This document shows, in pieces, positions 1 through 9,902 of a DNA stretch of 64,000 nucleotides. The stretch's first letter is position 1. Each line of letters opens with the position of its first letter. Source of the stretch: a plasmid; the sequence record AP029160.1; one strand, written 5' to 3'. The notes under the pieces are model-generated. The model was not told where the DNA came from. It searched no databases and was given only the letters and a program-made list of their open reading frames with translations. The position numbers and the translations under genes are program-made.

Positions 1-1
1 C

Positions 2-517
2 GATTTAGAACATGTGGCTTTAAAATTATTAAAACATCTTTCTACTCGAATGATTATTATAGATGAACTTCATAATATACTCGCAGGTAGAATTAATGTA
101 CAAAGAGAGTTTCTTAATTTAGTTCGATTTATTGGAAATGAATTACAGATTCCAATTGTGTGTTTGGGAATTAGAGAAGCTTATCATGCTATACGAACAG
201 ATGATCAACTTGAGAATCGTTTTGAACCACATATTTTACCATTGTGGGAAGATGATAGAGAATTTTCAAGTTTACTAGTAAGTATAACATCTGCTTTACC
301 ACTAAAAAAGCCATCCTTTTTACTTGAAAAAGAAATTCGTGAATATATTTTGCGAAAAACGGAAGCCACCATTGGTGAAATCATTTCTTTGATTTCAAGA
401 ACCGCTATTTTAGCCATTGAAAGTGGTCAAGAAAATATTGATTTAAAATTATTAATGCAAGCTGATTATGACTCTCCAACTGAAAGACGGAATAAATTTG
501 AACGGGAATTAAATTAA
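2..517 (+). CDS. tniB: TniB/TnsC-family AAA+ transposition ATPase, C-terminal portion; the reading frame is open to the window edge, so the 5' end lies upstream
   Basis: Walker-B-like 'MIIIDELHNIL', and the C-terminal helical region 'ATIGEIISLISRTAILAIESGQENIDL' typical of TniB/TnsC. The frame has no stop back to position 2. It is immediately followed by a TniQ gene whose ATG overlaps the stop (ATGA overlap at 514-520). Confidence 0.55.
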   Translation, partial: DLEHVALKLLKHLSTRMIIIDELHNILAGRINVQREFLNLVRFIGNELQIPIVCLGIREAYHAIRTDDQLENRFEPHILPLWEDDREFSSLLVSITSALPLKKPSFLLEKEIREYILRKTEATIGEIISLISRTAILAIESGQENIDLKLLMQADYDSPTERRNKFERELN

Positions 518-1725
518 TGACAAAAAGATTTCCTGTTTGGCCTACACCTTATAAATTAGAATCTTTAAGTTCATGGATAATGAGAATTGCTGAATATTAT
601 AGAATTGATGTTGATACTTTATTTGAAATTGGATTTTTAATTAAAAAACCAATCTCATGGTGGGATATTGATGTTTCTCCAAGTTCTGATTTATTAAATA
701 AAATTTTAGAGAATACAGGTCTGTCTTTAAGATATTTAATCGAAATGACTATTGCAGGAATTTCTCCTTGGGTTATAGATTCAATTAAACCAATTTATGA
801 TTATGAATTTACTCAAGTCACAGCTTTATTTTGTATTATAAATCGTAATTTTCCTTATATTAATATGAATTCAAAAGCTAAAAAATCTTTTCTTCCGTGG
901 ATGCCTAATGTCCCTTGGAAATCAACTCGAATAAACCGTTTTTGCCCTATATGTGTAGAAAATAAAGATTTAGATTTACCAAGATTAATTGTTTGGAGAA
1001 CTGTATTAGTATCCTCTTGTCTTAGACATGACTGCTTACTTGTTGAGACAAGTGATACTCCTTGGGATCAACTATCTTGGAAAGAAAATATCATAAATAC
1101 AAAATATTTGCATACTTGGCTTGATCGTATCACTATTAAAGCAATTGAGACGGGTTTTGCAGAACTCGGAAATGAAAAAATTCATGTCAACATTTGGGTT
1201 CGTTTTTTAAGAAGTCTTTTCCATGAACTTACAATTGAAAGTAGGGATTATAGAGATCAAGAATGTATTAATGAAATTTGGCGATATGCAGGAATTAAAA
1301 AACCAAGGAACAAAGCATTTGAACTTTTAGAGATCAGAGAAAGAGCTAATGTCATCAAATGTGCTGCTTATTTATTACAAGATTTTCCAAATAAAATAAT
1401 CTCATTTATGCCTAGCAGAAAAATTTTAAATCAAATATTTATACCAAATTTCATTTCTAAATACTTTGGAAGACATGAAGTATATTATGATTTGTTTATA
1501 AAAGATGAAATCTATTTAGATACAATGAGAAAAAATAACGAAAATGTAGAAAATTTTTTACCTGCTGTTAAATTATTTGAGTCTATAATTAGAAAAATAA
1601 GTGATAAACAAAAAAATTCATTACTAATAAGGGAAATTAATGGGGCAGAATCATCACGTAATTATCAAAATAAAAATGAAATTTACAAGAATAAAGTAAA
1701 ATTTGGGGAATTATTAAATATCTAA
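517..1725 (+). CDS. tniQ: TniQ/TnsD-family transposon target-selection protein
   Basis: N-terminal 'WPTPYKLESLSSWIMRIAEYYRI' resembles the TniQ signature (P-x-P..ESL.S...R.A). A Cys/His cluster 'CPICVENK...CLRHDC' could be a zinc finger. It is translationally coupled to the upstream ATPase gene. Confidence 0.55.
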   Translation: MTKRFPVWPTPYKLESLSSWIMRIAEYYRIDVDTLFEIGFLIKKPISWWDIDVSPSSDLLNKILENTGLSLRYLIEMTIAGISPWVIDSIKPIYDYEFTQVTALFCIINRNFPYINMNSKAKKSFLPWMPNVPWKSTRINRFCPICVENKDLDLPRLIVWRTVLVSSCLRHDCLLVETSDTPWDQLSWKENIINTKYLHTWLDRITIKAIETGFAELGNEKIHVNIWVRFLRSLFHELTIESRDYRDQECINEIWRYAGIKKPRNKAFELLEIRERANVIKCAAYLLQDFPNKIISFMPSRKILNQIFIPNFISKYFGRHEVYYDLFIKDEIYLDTMRKNNENVENFLPAVKLFESIIRKISDKQKNSLLIREINGAESSRNYQNKNEIYKNKVKFGELLNI

Positions 1726-1781
1726 ATGTAAAATTTAATCTTAAGGAGTTTTATGCTAAATAATTTAAGTATTAAAAGAAA

Positions 1782-2111
1782 ATGATCTATTGGAATATTT
1801 TTATATTAATCTTATTTATAATAACACTAGTATACATAGGAAATGATTCGATTAATAGACTCATGGATGAGAAAAGAACTCAAATTAGAAATCTAAGTGA
1901 TGCTCTTGCTGCTGTAATATTTCAATACATAAAACTAGAAAATGAGGGTAAATTATCTCATGGAGAAGCGGTATCACGAATAAAAACAACTATAAATGCC
2001 GCAAGATATGATGGTGATAATTATTTTTTTGTTGGAGATTATGAAAGAAGACAAATTATAAACCCTAAAAGACCAAAAGATGATGGAGGTGTTCGAAATT
2101 CTTCACAATAA
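1782..2111 (+). CDS. hypothetical small protein with N-terminal transmembrane helix
   Basis: Hydrophobic N-terminus 'IYWNIFILILFIITLVYIG'. A 10-codon upstream ORF (ATG at 1754) with a strong AAGGAG RBS ends in a TGA that overlaps this ATG. Confidence 0.3.
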   Translation: MIYWNIFILILFIITLVYIGNDSINRLMDEKRTQIRNLSDALAAVIFQYIKLENEGKLSHGEAVSRIKTTINAARYDGDNYFFVGDYERRQIINPKRPKDDGGVRNSSQ

Positions 2112-2208
2112 ATTTGATTTACTTTGAAAAATGAATATTTATAATAATAAACAATCATTTTGAATATTGCTTAATTGATTAATAAAAATTTTGATTTTGG
2201 AGCTATTT

Positions 2209-3258
2209 ATGTTATTTAAAATTTTAATTTCTAATTATTTTATTTATATATTTTTTATTATTATTTATATTATAAATCCTGTTTTTGCGAATGAATGGTA
2301 TGGCCCTAAAGAAGGACCAATCGGGCAAAAATACAAAAATATCATTTATATAGCTTCTGATTTTCAAAATCAGGGAGTTACTTCAACATATAGGAGTTTT
2401 CAAAATGCGTCAGAAAAATTAAAATGGAATACCACTATTGTAAATGGCAATGGGGATATTAAACAAATTAGAAAAGAATTTTTTAACGCAGTTAAAAAAC
2501 ATCCCGATGGCATTATTTTAGGCGGATTTCAACCTGATGATTTTTTTAATGAAGTAGAACTTGCTAAAAAGTCAAAAATTGTACTTATAGGTTGGCACGC
2601 TGCATATAAGCCTGGACCAACTAAAGATCTTTTTATGAATGTAACTACAGATACTAAAGAAGTAGCTATAATGGCAACAAAATACATGATAGAACAAAGT
2701 AAGAAAAATGTAGGTGTAATTATTTTTAATGATAGTTATTTTGCTATTGCAAATGAAAAAACAAAGAGAATGTTAGAAGAAATTAAAAATTGCGCTAAAT
2801 GTAAAGTTCTTTCAGTCCAAGATATTAGCATTTCAAAAGCAGATTTTGAAATTCCAATTATTGTGCCTATTTTAGTTAAAAAATATGGAGAAAAATGGAC
2901 TCATACACTAGCAATTAATGATGTATATTTTGATAATATAAATTTACCTTTGATTAAATCAAAACGAAGAGATATATTAAATATTTCAGCTGGAGATGGA
3001 TCAAGTAAAGCCATTAGTAGAATCCAATCTGGATTATCGCAACATATTGCAACCATTGCAGAACCATTAAATATTCAAGGATGGCAGATGGTAGATGAGC
3101 TTAACCGATCATTTTCAAAAAAAAATCCAAGTAGATTTGTAACTAAACCAATTTTATTAACAAAAGAATTATTAGATAAATTTAATAGTATTGAAAATAT
3201 TGAGTTAAATACTAATTATCAGCAAGAATATTTAAAAATTTGGAAAATTGCGAGATAG
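2209..3258 (+). CDS. secreted/anchored periplasmic-binding-protein type I (sugar-binding/LacI-like fold) protein
   Basis: N-terminal hydrophobic segment followed by a two-lobe PBP-like sequence ('GVIIFNDSYFAIANEKTKRMLEEIK'). GGAG lies 7 nt before the ATG at 2209; the ORF-track start at 2191 is a TTG. Confidence 0.35.
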   Translation: MLFKILISNYFIYIFFIIIYIINPVFANEWYGPKEGPIGQKYKNIIYIASDFQNQGVTSTYRSFQNASEKLKWNTTIVNGNGDIKQIRKEFFNAVKKHPDGIILGGFQPDDFFNEVELAKKSKIVLIGWHAAYKPGPTKDLFMNVTTDTKEVAIMATKYMIEQSKKNVGVIIFNDSYFAIANEKTKRMLEEIKNCAKCKVLSVQDISISKADFEIPIIVPILVKKYGEKWTHTLAINDVYFDNINLPLIKSKRRDILNISAGDGSSKAISRIQSGLSQHIATIAEPLNIQGWQMVDELNRSFSKKNPSRFVTKPILLTKELLDKFNSIENIELNTNYQQEYLKIWKIAR

Positions 3259-3888
3259 TGCTTTATTTTTAATATTTTTTTTAGTTAATTAATTAATGTA
3301 GTTTGTTTGTAATAAATAAAAATTAACTTTCCAAATATTTTATTTGAAAGTTATATTTACGATATTGTTATTTTAATTCCGGTAGCTTCGTTTTGAAAAC
3401 ATTTTTTTAATAGTTATTCATATTTTATATAGAATTAAAATTTTAAAGATTTGGTTAAGAGAAAAGCACTAAAAAGTTCGTACAACGGGCAGAACACGGA
3501 CTTTTAACTTGATTTCAAGATAAAATTGCACATTTTGGATTCAATTTTTTTAAATACCTTTAAATTCTTATTCTGTTACTATAATGTGAACTTTTTTTCT
3601 AAAAGTTAAACTATGCATAACCAAAATTTTATAAGCTAAATTCTCTTTTTTTAAAGAGCTAAATGTCATTTTCTGGCTTCAATCAGCATCAAACCGAAGC
3701 TATCGGATTAGAACTCCAAGTTGAAAATTCGATCTTATATTTCTTACAAATGACCGTTTTTAAGAATATTTCTATACAAAAATTTAGATCGCAATTTCAT
3801 TGGAATACTTCTTTCTCAATAACCATTCTTGATTCTAAATTCTTGTTCTGATAGCTTCAGATGAGTTTTGAGAAGGAGAACCTATAAA

Positions 3889-4455
3889 ATGCTTATTGGA
3901 TATGCAAGGGTTTCAACGCTAGACCAAAATTTAGATTTGCAAGAAAAAGCATTACAAAAATCGGGTTGCAACAAAATCTTTGTAGATAAAGCAAGTGGAA
4001 GTCGTTCTGCACGACCTGGATTGGAAAAATCACTTGAGCAGTTAAGAGAAGGCGACACTTTTATCGTTTGGAAATTAGATCGTCTTGGAAGAAACATCAA
4101 AGATCTAATCGATTTTGTGAAAGATCTTGAGTCTAAAAAAATCGAATTTAAAAGCCTCACTGATAATATAGATACATCGACTCCTTCTGGACGTTTCTTC
4201 TTTCATACAATGGCTGCACTTGCTCAAATGGAACGAGAACTCATTATAGAGCGCACTAAAGCTGGTTTAAAAGCCGCAAAGGAACGTGGTAGAATTGGTG
4301 GCAGGAAAAGAAGAATGACGGCAAATAAACTTGAATCTGCAAAAAAATTACTAAGCAGTGGAACCCCTCCAAAAGATGTGGCAATGAGTTTGGGAGTTTC
4401 TATTCCTACTCTGTATCGCTGGCTGCCAGCTCATACTCACTCTGAAGCTTCATAA
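3889..4455 (+). CDS. serine recombinase (resolvase/invertase family)
   Basis: N-terminal 'MLIGYARVSTLDQNLDLQ' carries the catalytic Ser motif. 'IVWKLDRLGRN' is present, and there is a C-terminal HTH 'GTPPKDVAMSLGVSIPTLYRW'. RBS AAGGAG precedes the ATG at 3889. Confidence 0.8.
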   Translation: MLIGYARVSTLDQNLDLQEKALQKSGCNKIFVDKASGSRSARPGLEKSLEQLREGDTFIVWKLDRLGRNIKDLIDFVKDLESKKIEFKSLTDNIDTSTPSGRFFFHTMAALAQMERELIIERTKAGLKAAKERGRIGGRKRRMTANKLESAKKLLSSGTPPKDVAMSLGVSIPTLYRWLPAHTHSEAS

Positions 4456-4723
4456 AATCATTTAAACCAAAGGGCGTTGATCTTGTTCAGATATTTCAAA
4501 AATGACATCCTCTTTGGAAATTTGGACATCCACTATGGAAAATGACAGCGGATAAGAATGAGTATAGAAACTTGCATATATAATCTTCAATAATACTTAA
4601 TAATTTCAATTTATTATATAAATAAATGATATTATTATTGATATTTTTTTTTGGATCAAACCTTTATAGGAGTTTAACTAAAACAAAATATCACTAGATT
4701 TAAACTCATCCTTGTATTGCTGT

Positions 4724-4764
4724 TTCATTTTAGCTACTCTCTTATAAGGAGAGTAGCTAAAATG
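4724..4764. promoter_or_regulatory. perfect 17-bp inverted repeat (CATTTTAGCTACTCTCC / GGAGAGTAGCTAAAATG) spanning the RBS and start codon of the AbiEi gene
   Basis: Read directly: cattttagctactctc-ttataa-ggagagtagctaaaatg. Confidence 0.5.
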
Positions 4765-5628
4765 AAACAGCAAGATGATCCTAAAAGAAATATTCAAGAT
4801 TACCAGTTACTTGCGCTTGGAGAGAGAAAATCTGAAGGTAAAGAGTGGGCTCTTCTCAGTTCAACTGATGTTATGGAGTCACTGGGACTCGATTCTCAGC
4901 AAAGCTCGAGACTCTTGTCTAGAATGATGAAACAAAAAAGAATTCAACAACTTCGAAGAGGTTTATACCTCGTCCCAGGATATCTACCCCCAGGAAAGAA
5001 ATGGGCTCCATCAAGTTATGAAACTTTGTGGGCTTATATGAATTGGCTTGGGGCAAAATGGCAAATCACAGGACTTGCAGCTTTTACAAGATATGGATTT
5101 TCAACACAAGTTCCTCAAATTTTTACAGTATATAATAACAAACTCTCCGGAACATCTGAAGCCGGCGGCGGACGTTTTATTTTTATAAAACTCAAAGAAG
5201 ATCAACTTGGAAATATAAAACTATTTGAAATGCCTGGCGGTATTCAAATTCCATTCTCATCAAAAGCACGAACTATCTTTGATGCCATTCATTTATCCAA
5301 TCGTTTTGGAGCGCTCCCAGAAGCTTATACATGGATTAAACTCATTGCTAAAAATACACACGAGATAAATGAACTTATTACATGCGCCTTACTTTATGGA
5401 AATAAACAATCTATATCAAGAATTGGTTTTGTACTTGAGTCCCTTCAAATTGATGCTTCATTACTTTCTAATAAACTTTCAGAACAACCAAGCAAAACAT
5501 TTTTTTCTCTTATTCCAAATTCTAGGAAAGGGCCTATGAATAAAAAATGGAAAATCATTGAAAATAAAAAAATAAGTCAAATTTTTTCTGACATGGAGAT
5601 TCCTGATGACGACGAAACAATTGCGTGA
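4762..5628 (+). CDS. AbiEi-family antitoxin / transcriptional regulator (type IV TA)
   Basis: Sits immediately upstream of an AbiEii-like gene and overlaps it by 23 bp. ~290 aa, consistent with COG5340-type AbiEi. The call rests mainly on genomic context. Confidence 0.45.
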   Translation: MKQQDDPKRNIQDYQLLALGERKSEGKEWALLSSTDVMESLGLDSQQSSRLLSRMMKQKRIQQLRRGLYLVPGYLPPGKKWAPSSYETLWAYMNWLGAKWQITGLAAFTRYGFSTQVPQIFTVYNNKLSGTSEAGGGRFIFIKLKEDQLGNIKLFEMPGGIQIPFSSKARTIFDAIHLSNRFGALPEAYTWIKLIAKNTHEINELITCALLYGNKQSISRIGFVLESLQIDASLLSNKLSEQPSKTFFSLIPNSRKGPMNKKWKIIENKKISQIFSDMEIPDDDETIA

Positions 5629-6442
5629 AGCACTTAATTATACCTCACAAAAAACAGGATTTTCTTCATCTCTGATTGAAAAAGATTATTACTGTTCTTT
5701 GATTCTAAAACTACTTTATGAAGAAGAAAATTTGAAAAATTATCTCATTTTTAAAGGAGGCACTTTACTTGCGAAAGGATATTTTGAATTTTTTAGAATG
5801 AGCGAAGATTTAGATTTTTCCATTGATAATTCTTTTTGTAAAGAAAGAAATGATCGAAGAAAAATTGCGAGTTACCTTAGAACAACAGTTCCACATATTC
5901 TGGAAAAGCTAAATTTAAGAGAGGTTTCTGCATTTAGAGGCTTTAATGAATCCACTCAATACAATGGTATTTTCGGATATGATTCCTTAGTTGGTCCTTC
6001 TGAAACTATAAAATTTGAAGTAGGTTTTCGAGGAGATCTTTTTTTCCAACCAGAAAAAGTGAATCTTGAAACGCTCTTAGAAGATCCTTTTTCAAGAGAT
6101 AAAGTTATTAAACCATTTCCAGTGATGGCTCTTTCAAAAAATGAAACGTATGCAGAAAAATTCCGTGCGGCTCTTACAAGAAAAAACCCAGCTATTAGAG
6201 ATTTTTTTGATATCGAAAAAATCCTTGAGTCTGGTTTTAATATATTTGAAGAATCATTTATTGAGCTGGTAAAAAATAAAATCTCTTTTGATAGCCATGC
6301 AAATATTGATTTAACTCTTGAAAAAAGAAAAACTCTAGAATCTCAGATTATAACAGATCTAAGACCAGTCTTAAAATTAAATGAAGATTTTAATTTAGAA
6401 AAGACGTGGTCATCTATTCATGATTTGACAAAAAAATTATAA
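5606..6442 (+). CDS. abiEii: AbiEii/AbiGii-family nucleotidyltransferase toxin (DUF1814)
   Basis: 'LIFKGGTLLAKGYFEFFRMSEDLDFSID' matches the KGGTAL...R.S.DLDF nucleotidyltransferase motif of AbiEii. ~278 aa, the typical size. Confidence 0.65.
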   Translation: MTTKQLREALNYTSQKTGFSSSLIEKDYYCSLILKLLYEEENLKNYLIFKGGTLLAKGYFEFFRMSEDLDFSIDNSFCKERNDRRKIASYLRTTVPHILEKLNLREVSAFRGFNESTQYNGIFGYDSLVGPSETIKFEVGFRGDLFFQPEKVNLETLLEDPFSRDKVIKPFPVMALSKNETYAEKFRAALTRKNPAIRDFFDIEKILESGFNIFEESFIELVKNKISFDSHANIDLTLEKRKTLESQIITDLRPVLKLNEDFNLEKTWSSIHDLTKKL

Positions 6443-6490
6443 TAAATAATTAATTTAAAGATCTCAATTTAAGGTGGATTATTTTATCAA

Positions 6491-6535
6491 AAAAGCTTAA
6501 AGCCCCGGATAAACCGAGGCTTTTACGCCGACTGG
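6491..6535. terminator. GC-rich imperfect hairpin between convergent genes (candidate bidirectional terminator)
   Basis: aaagccccgg-ataaa-ccgaggcttt followed by a T run. It lies between the + gene ending at 6442 and the - gene ending at 6602. Confidence 0.35.
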
Positions 6536-6601
6536 GACACCCCAATCCACTTATTCATACAATCGTTAAATTTACCTAAAATGTCAATAAGAAATTACAT
6601 T

Positions 6602-6979
6602 TTAGGCATAGTTTAAGTGTCCAAGAACTATTTCAAAATCTGTTCTAATATAGTTTTGAAGCTCAAGAACAGTGATATTAGGATTTCTTGTTATATAAAA
6701 TTTTTCAGCAAGATTGCAGCATATAGATCTAATATCAGGGTCTTGAGGATTCGCCTTTAAATAATTCAAAGCACTTTCATATTCTTTGTAACATGCATAT
6801 ATTTTTTTCTGCTTCTCATATCTCAAATCACTAAAATATGAAAAACAGAAAATAATAAAACCAGTCATTATTGTAAACAAAAAAGCAACCTGTATATCAA
6901 AATTTTTAAAAAAGACAACAAAAACAAAAAGACAAATAGATAAATGGAAAACATTTCTATAAGACATAATATACCTCAT
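6602..6979 (-). CDS. small membrane protein (2 TM)
   Basis: Hydrophobic stretches 'LSICLFVFVVFF' and 'FLFTIMTGFIIFCF'. Last gene of a 3-gene minus-strand operon. Confidence 0.35.
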   Translation of the reverse strand: MRYIMSYRNVFHLSICLFVFVVFFKNFDIQVAFLFTIMTGFIIFCFSYFSDLRYEKQKKIYACYKEYESALNYLKANPQDPDIRSICCNLAEKFYITRNPNITVLELQNYIRTDFEIVLGHLNYA

Positions 6980-7834
6980 TTAATTCAAATTAACGCCAAT
7001 TAAATTATTATACATATCTGAAAATTTTAAACCAAATAGAAATGAAAATAAAAATACTACTGTCACAATCATTGCTAAATAACTATAATTTCGCCATAGG
7101 TGTTTTAGCGCCCATTTTAAAGGATTCTTCTCGGCTTTATAAATGCTATCAGTTAAATCTTTAATATACCGTTTATTTTCTTCTAGCTTAGAAAAAAGCA
7201 ATACATTTTCATTTAATTTTTCTGAAAGAAATTCATGAATGTTAAAAATATTTATTTCTTTTTTCCAACTATCTACACAATTCAAATCTTTTGCGAACAT
7301 AAGCTCAGACTTACCATCAGCACGTTCTAAAGTTTCATATTTAAATTTGATACCAAATTGTTCATAAAATCGATTCCGACGTTCTTTATTTTTCTCATCA
7401 GCTTGAGTTGAGAATAAATCAATTTGGCTAACTTCGGCATCTGGCCAGCGTTTTGCCCATAAAATGATCTCGTTCATTAAATAAGTACCAAGCTTTTTTC
7501 CTCTTAAAATTGCAGGTTCTAAAAACAATGCTCTAGCACCAAAATTATGCGAAGTTAATCCAACAGTGTTTTGATAGCTTGAATAGTATCCCTTAAATTT
7601 ATGGGACCTCCCTTCATTAATATTTTTTTTGTTCAAAATTTTATAATATAAAGTGATATTACCTCCAAATAAGCACTTATTATTTGAAGAATCTGTAATA
7701 TATTCATATTCTTCCTCACGCTCCACAATAACCCATATAGAGGAGCCCACAGCTTTATCTTTTAATTCAAGAACCTGAATTCTTGGGCTTGAATTATATT
7801 GATTAGATAAATCTTCTTCAAATGATGATACCAT
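6980..7834 (-). CDS. GNAT-fold acetyltransferase-like protein with C-terminal coiled coil and TM anchor
   Basis: 'AILRGKKLGTYLMNEIILWAK' resembles GNAT motif A (R/Q-x-x-G-x-G/A). C-terminal hydrophobic 'LAMIVTVVFLFSFLFGL'. Its stop abuts the start of 6602-6979. Confidence 0.35.
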   Translation of the reverse strand: MVSSFEEDLSNQYNSSPRIQVLELKDKAVGSSIWVIVEREEEYEYITDSSNNKCLFGGNITLYYKILNKKNINEGRSHKFKGYYSSYQNTVGLTSHNFGARALFLEPAILRGKKLGTYLMNEIILWAKRWPDAEVSQIDLFSTQADEKNKERRNRFYEQFGIKFKYETLERADGKSELMFAKDLNCVDSWKKEINIFNIHEFLSEKLNENVLLFSKLEENKRYIKDLTDSIYKAEKNPLKWALKHLWRNYSYLAMIVTVVFLFSFLFGLKFSDMYNNLIGVNLN

Positions 7835-7880
7835 ATAAATCCTTTATTTTATTTTCATAAAATATATTTTCTAATTTATA

Positions 7881-8519
7881 TTAATACAAATACTCGTGAT
7901 AATATTTATTAAGATTTTTATAGCAAATATTCAATTGTTCAGAGTTTTTTTCATGATCACTCAGACAAAAAGATTTTATAAAACCGCTAAAAAAATTGTA
8001 ATTGATTTTTTCGCTCTCAATTAAGTTCTTAAACAAGTTAATAAATTCTTTAACTGTTGAAATAAATTGAAATGCTTTATGATAATTTTCATAATTATTT
8101 GATAAAATTTTAACAAATTCATAAAAATTTAGGTCAATTTTTCTTGAAAATTTCATTATTTGTTTATAATTATTAGCATCAGGACAATCAATAAATAGTT
8201 TTAATCTTTTAATTTCTGTTAACAAGTTTAAAGAGTTTTCACTCTGTGTAACTGGATAGATAGAAAGTAAAATCTCATATGACATATTCAAAAGCACATA
8301 ATTTTTTTCAATCAATCTCATTTTATCTGATTCGATTTTAACGATATTGGTCCGATGTGCATGATTTTTACTATTGAAATCAAACGACCTAAAACCAGAA
8401 TTAAATGCATACATTTTTTCAAATATAGCGTTAATTTTAGTATAATCCGATTCATTTGATCTGATTAAGCTTTTAATGTCGAATATTTTCTCAGAAACTT
8501 TAAATCTAAATTGATGCAT
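7881..8519 (-). CDS. hypothetical protein (212 aa)
   Basis: Long ORF with coding-like composition. First gene of the operon with the GNAT-like gene. Confidence 0.4.
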   Translation of the reverse strand: MHQFRFKVSEKIFDIKSLIRSNESDYTKINAIFEKMYAFNSGFRSFDFNSKNHAHRTNIVKIESDKMRLIEKNYVLLNMSYEILLSIYPVTQSENSLNLLTEIKRLKLFIDCPDANNYKQIMKFSRKIDLNFYEFVKILSNNYENYHKAFQFISTVKEFINLFKNLIESEKINYNFFSGFIKSFCLSDHEKNSEQLNICYKNLNKYYHEYLY

Positions 8520-8590
8520 TTTGATTGCCTCATGAAATAAATGTTCAAAGTATTTATCAAATTAGCTTATTTAACATCAATAATATTGAA

Positions 8591-8866
8591 TTAATTTTCA
8601 ATCTGTTGCTCTGAATTGTGTTTCTTTGATTTCCATTCTATAAAATTATGATCATTATTAAGAGTATTTATTAATGCATCCAAAACAGAATCTTCTGAAA
8701 TTATATTTAATCCGCTAGTTTCATTTTTGTATTGAGCATATAATTTTAACGTATTTTCAGATTCCTTCATTAGAGTAAATTTTTTAGAAACCGGCTCATA
8801 TACTTTGATATCCAAAAAAGGTTTTTCTTTTTTAGCAACAGCCCCAGCACGTTTTTCTTTAGACAT
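8591..8866 (-). CDS. hypothetical protein (91 aa)
   Basis: ORF downstream of the HNH cluster on the same strand. Confidence 0.3.
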   Translation of the reverse strand: MSKEKRAGAVAKKEKPFLDIKVYEPVSKKFTLMKESENTLKLYAQYKNETSGLNIISEDSVLDALINTLNNDHNFIEWKSKKHNSEQQIEN

Positions 8867-8893
8867 ATTATTTTCTCCTTTTTAATAATATAT

Positions 8894-9208
8894 TTACTTA
8901 ATATAAACATTAGACTCTATATAATCAGTAGACAATTTTTTTAGAAATGAACCTTTAAATAAAACTTCAGTTGTACCATATTCAGTTATGCTATACTGTG
9001 GTTGATATTTTTTTTCATATATTTTTTCATATTGTCTAAGTAATACGTTTCGTATTGTCGATTTTGTTTTTTTGTAATGATTTGCTAGATCACTGACCGA
9101 ATATTCCGTCTCATCATTTTTAATGAAATGATCATTTGATATGGATAAGAACCAATCTGGCGCAGGTCTTCCAAAAAATTTTTCTGATTTTACATTATTT
9201 TTAGTCAT
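8894..9208 (-). CDS. hypothetical protein; likely start is the internal Met (MTKNN...) at 9208
   Basis: This start lies 2 nt after the HNH stop codon at 9201-9203, giving a tight-coupling arrangement. Confidence 0.35.
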   Translation of the reverse strand: MTKNNVKSEKFFGRPAPDWFLSISNDHFIKNDETEYSVSDLANHYKKTKSTIRNVLLRQYEKIYEKKYQPQYSITEYGTTEVLFKGSFLKKLSTDYIESNVYIK

Positions 9209-9761
9209 TGTTAGTGTCCGAATAAAGTTTATTATCATCCCACAGTATAGTTTGATTTCCTGATATCCCAAGAGCTACCATCCGGCGTTGGTCATGGGTA
9301 ACAACGTCATGGCACGGAACACAAAGAGTTCTCATACCTTCTAAGCTACAGCCACCCCCTCCCCTCGTTACAGGAATAATGTGATCTGCATCCCAAAGAG
9401 CAAATCCTTTCTCTTTATTTTTAATAAAGCTTTTTATCCTACGTTCTGGATAACCAAAATCTTTTAAAAACTTTACAGCATCTTCATAATTACTTTTTAA
9501 AATTTCTAGAGCATCTTTTCTGAGTTGCTCGCAATCTCTTTTGCAAAGAGAACAAACTCCATTGTCTCTTTCAAAAACAGCTTTACGCATATATCCAACA
9601 TCTGATCGCAATTTATGCTCATGAACACATGCATCTGAACAAAACGAACGCCGCCTCCCAAAAATCTCAGAGTTGCACCATCGGCATCTTGAAAGTTTTT
9701 TACCTTTAAAACTTTTTTTGCCTCGAATAGGCTCTCTCAAATCTCTACTTTTTGAAGCCAT
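9201..9761 (-). CDS. HNH endonuclease with zinc-ribbon cysteines
   Basis: 'DADHIIPVTRGGGGCSLEGMRTLCVPCH' contains the H-N-H core. Multiple CxxC pairs are present ('CRWCNSE', 'CSDAC', 'CSLCKRDC'). Confidence 0.7.
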   Translation of the reverse strand: MASKSRDLREPIRGKKSFKGKKLSRCRWCNSEIFGRRRSFCSDACVHEHKLRSDVGYMRKAVFERDNGVCSLCKRDCEQLRKDALEILKSNYEDAVKFLKDFGYPERRIKSFIKNKEKGFALWDADHIIPVTRGGGGCSLEGMRTLCVPCHDVVTHDQRRMVALGISGNQTILWDDNKLYSDTNND

Positions 9762-9902
9762 TTTCTTCTCACTCTACCAAACACACTACGCTTTTTAGCG
9801 TGTGTTAAGCATTCATAAAACTAATAAGTATAAAACTAGATTCAATAATCTGAGAATAAGATAAAGATATCATAAAGTAAAGAAAAGACTAAATTAAAAT
9901 TT

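Noticed and set aside
3663-3851. 62-aa ORF in the 600-bp gap upstream of the resolvase gene
   Set aside because: Low-complexity translation and no RBS. The gap more likely holds the res site or promoter for the resolvase. Not called as a gene.
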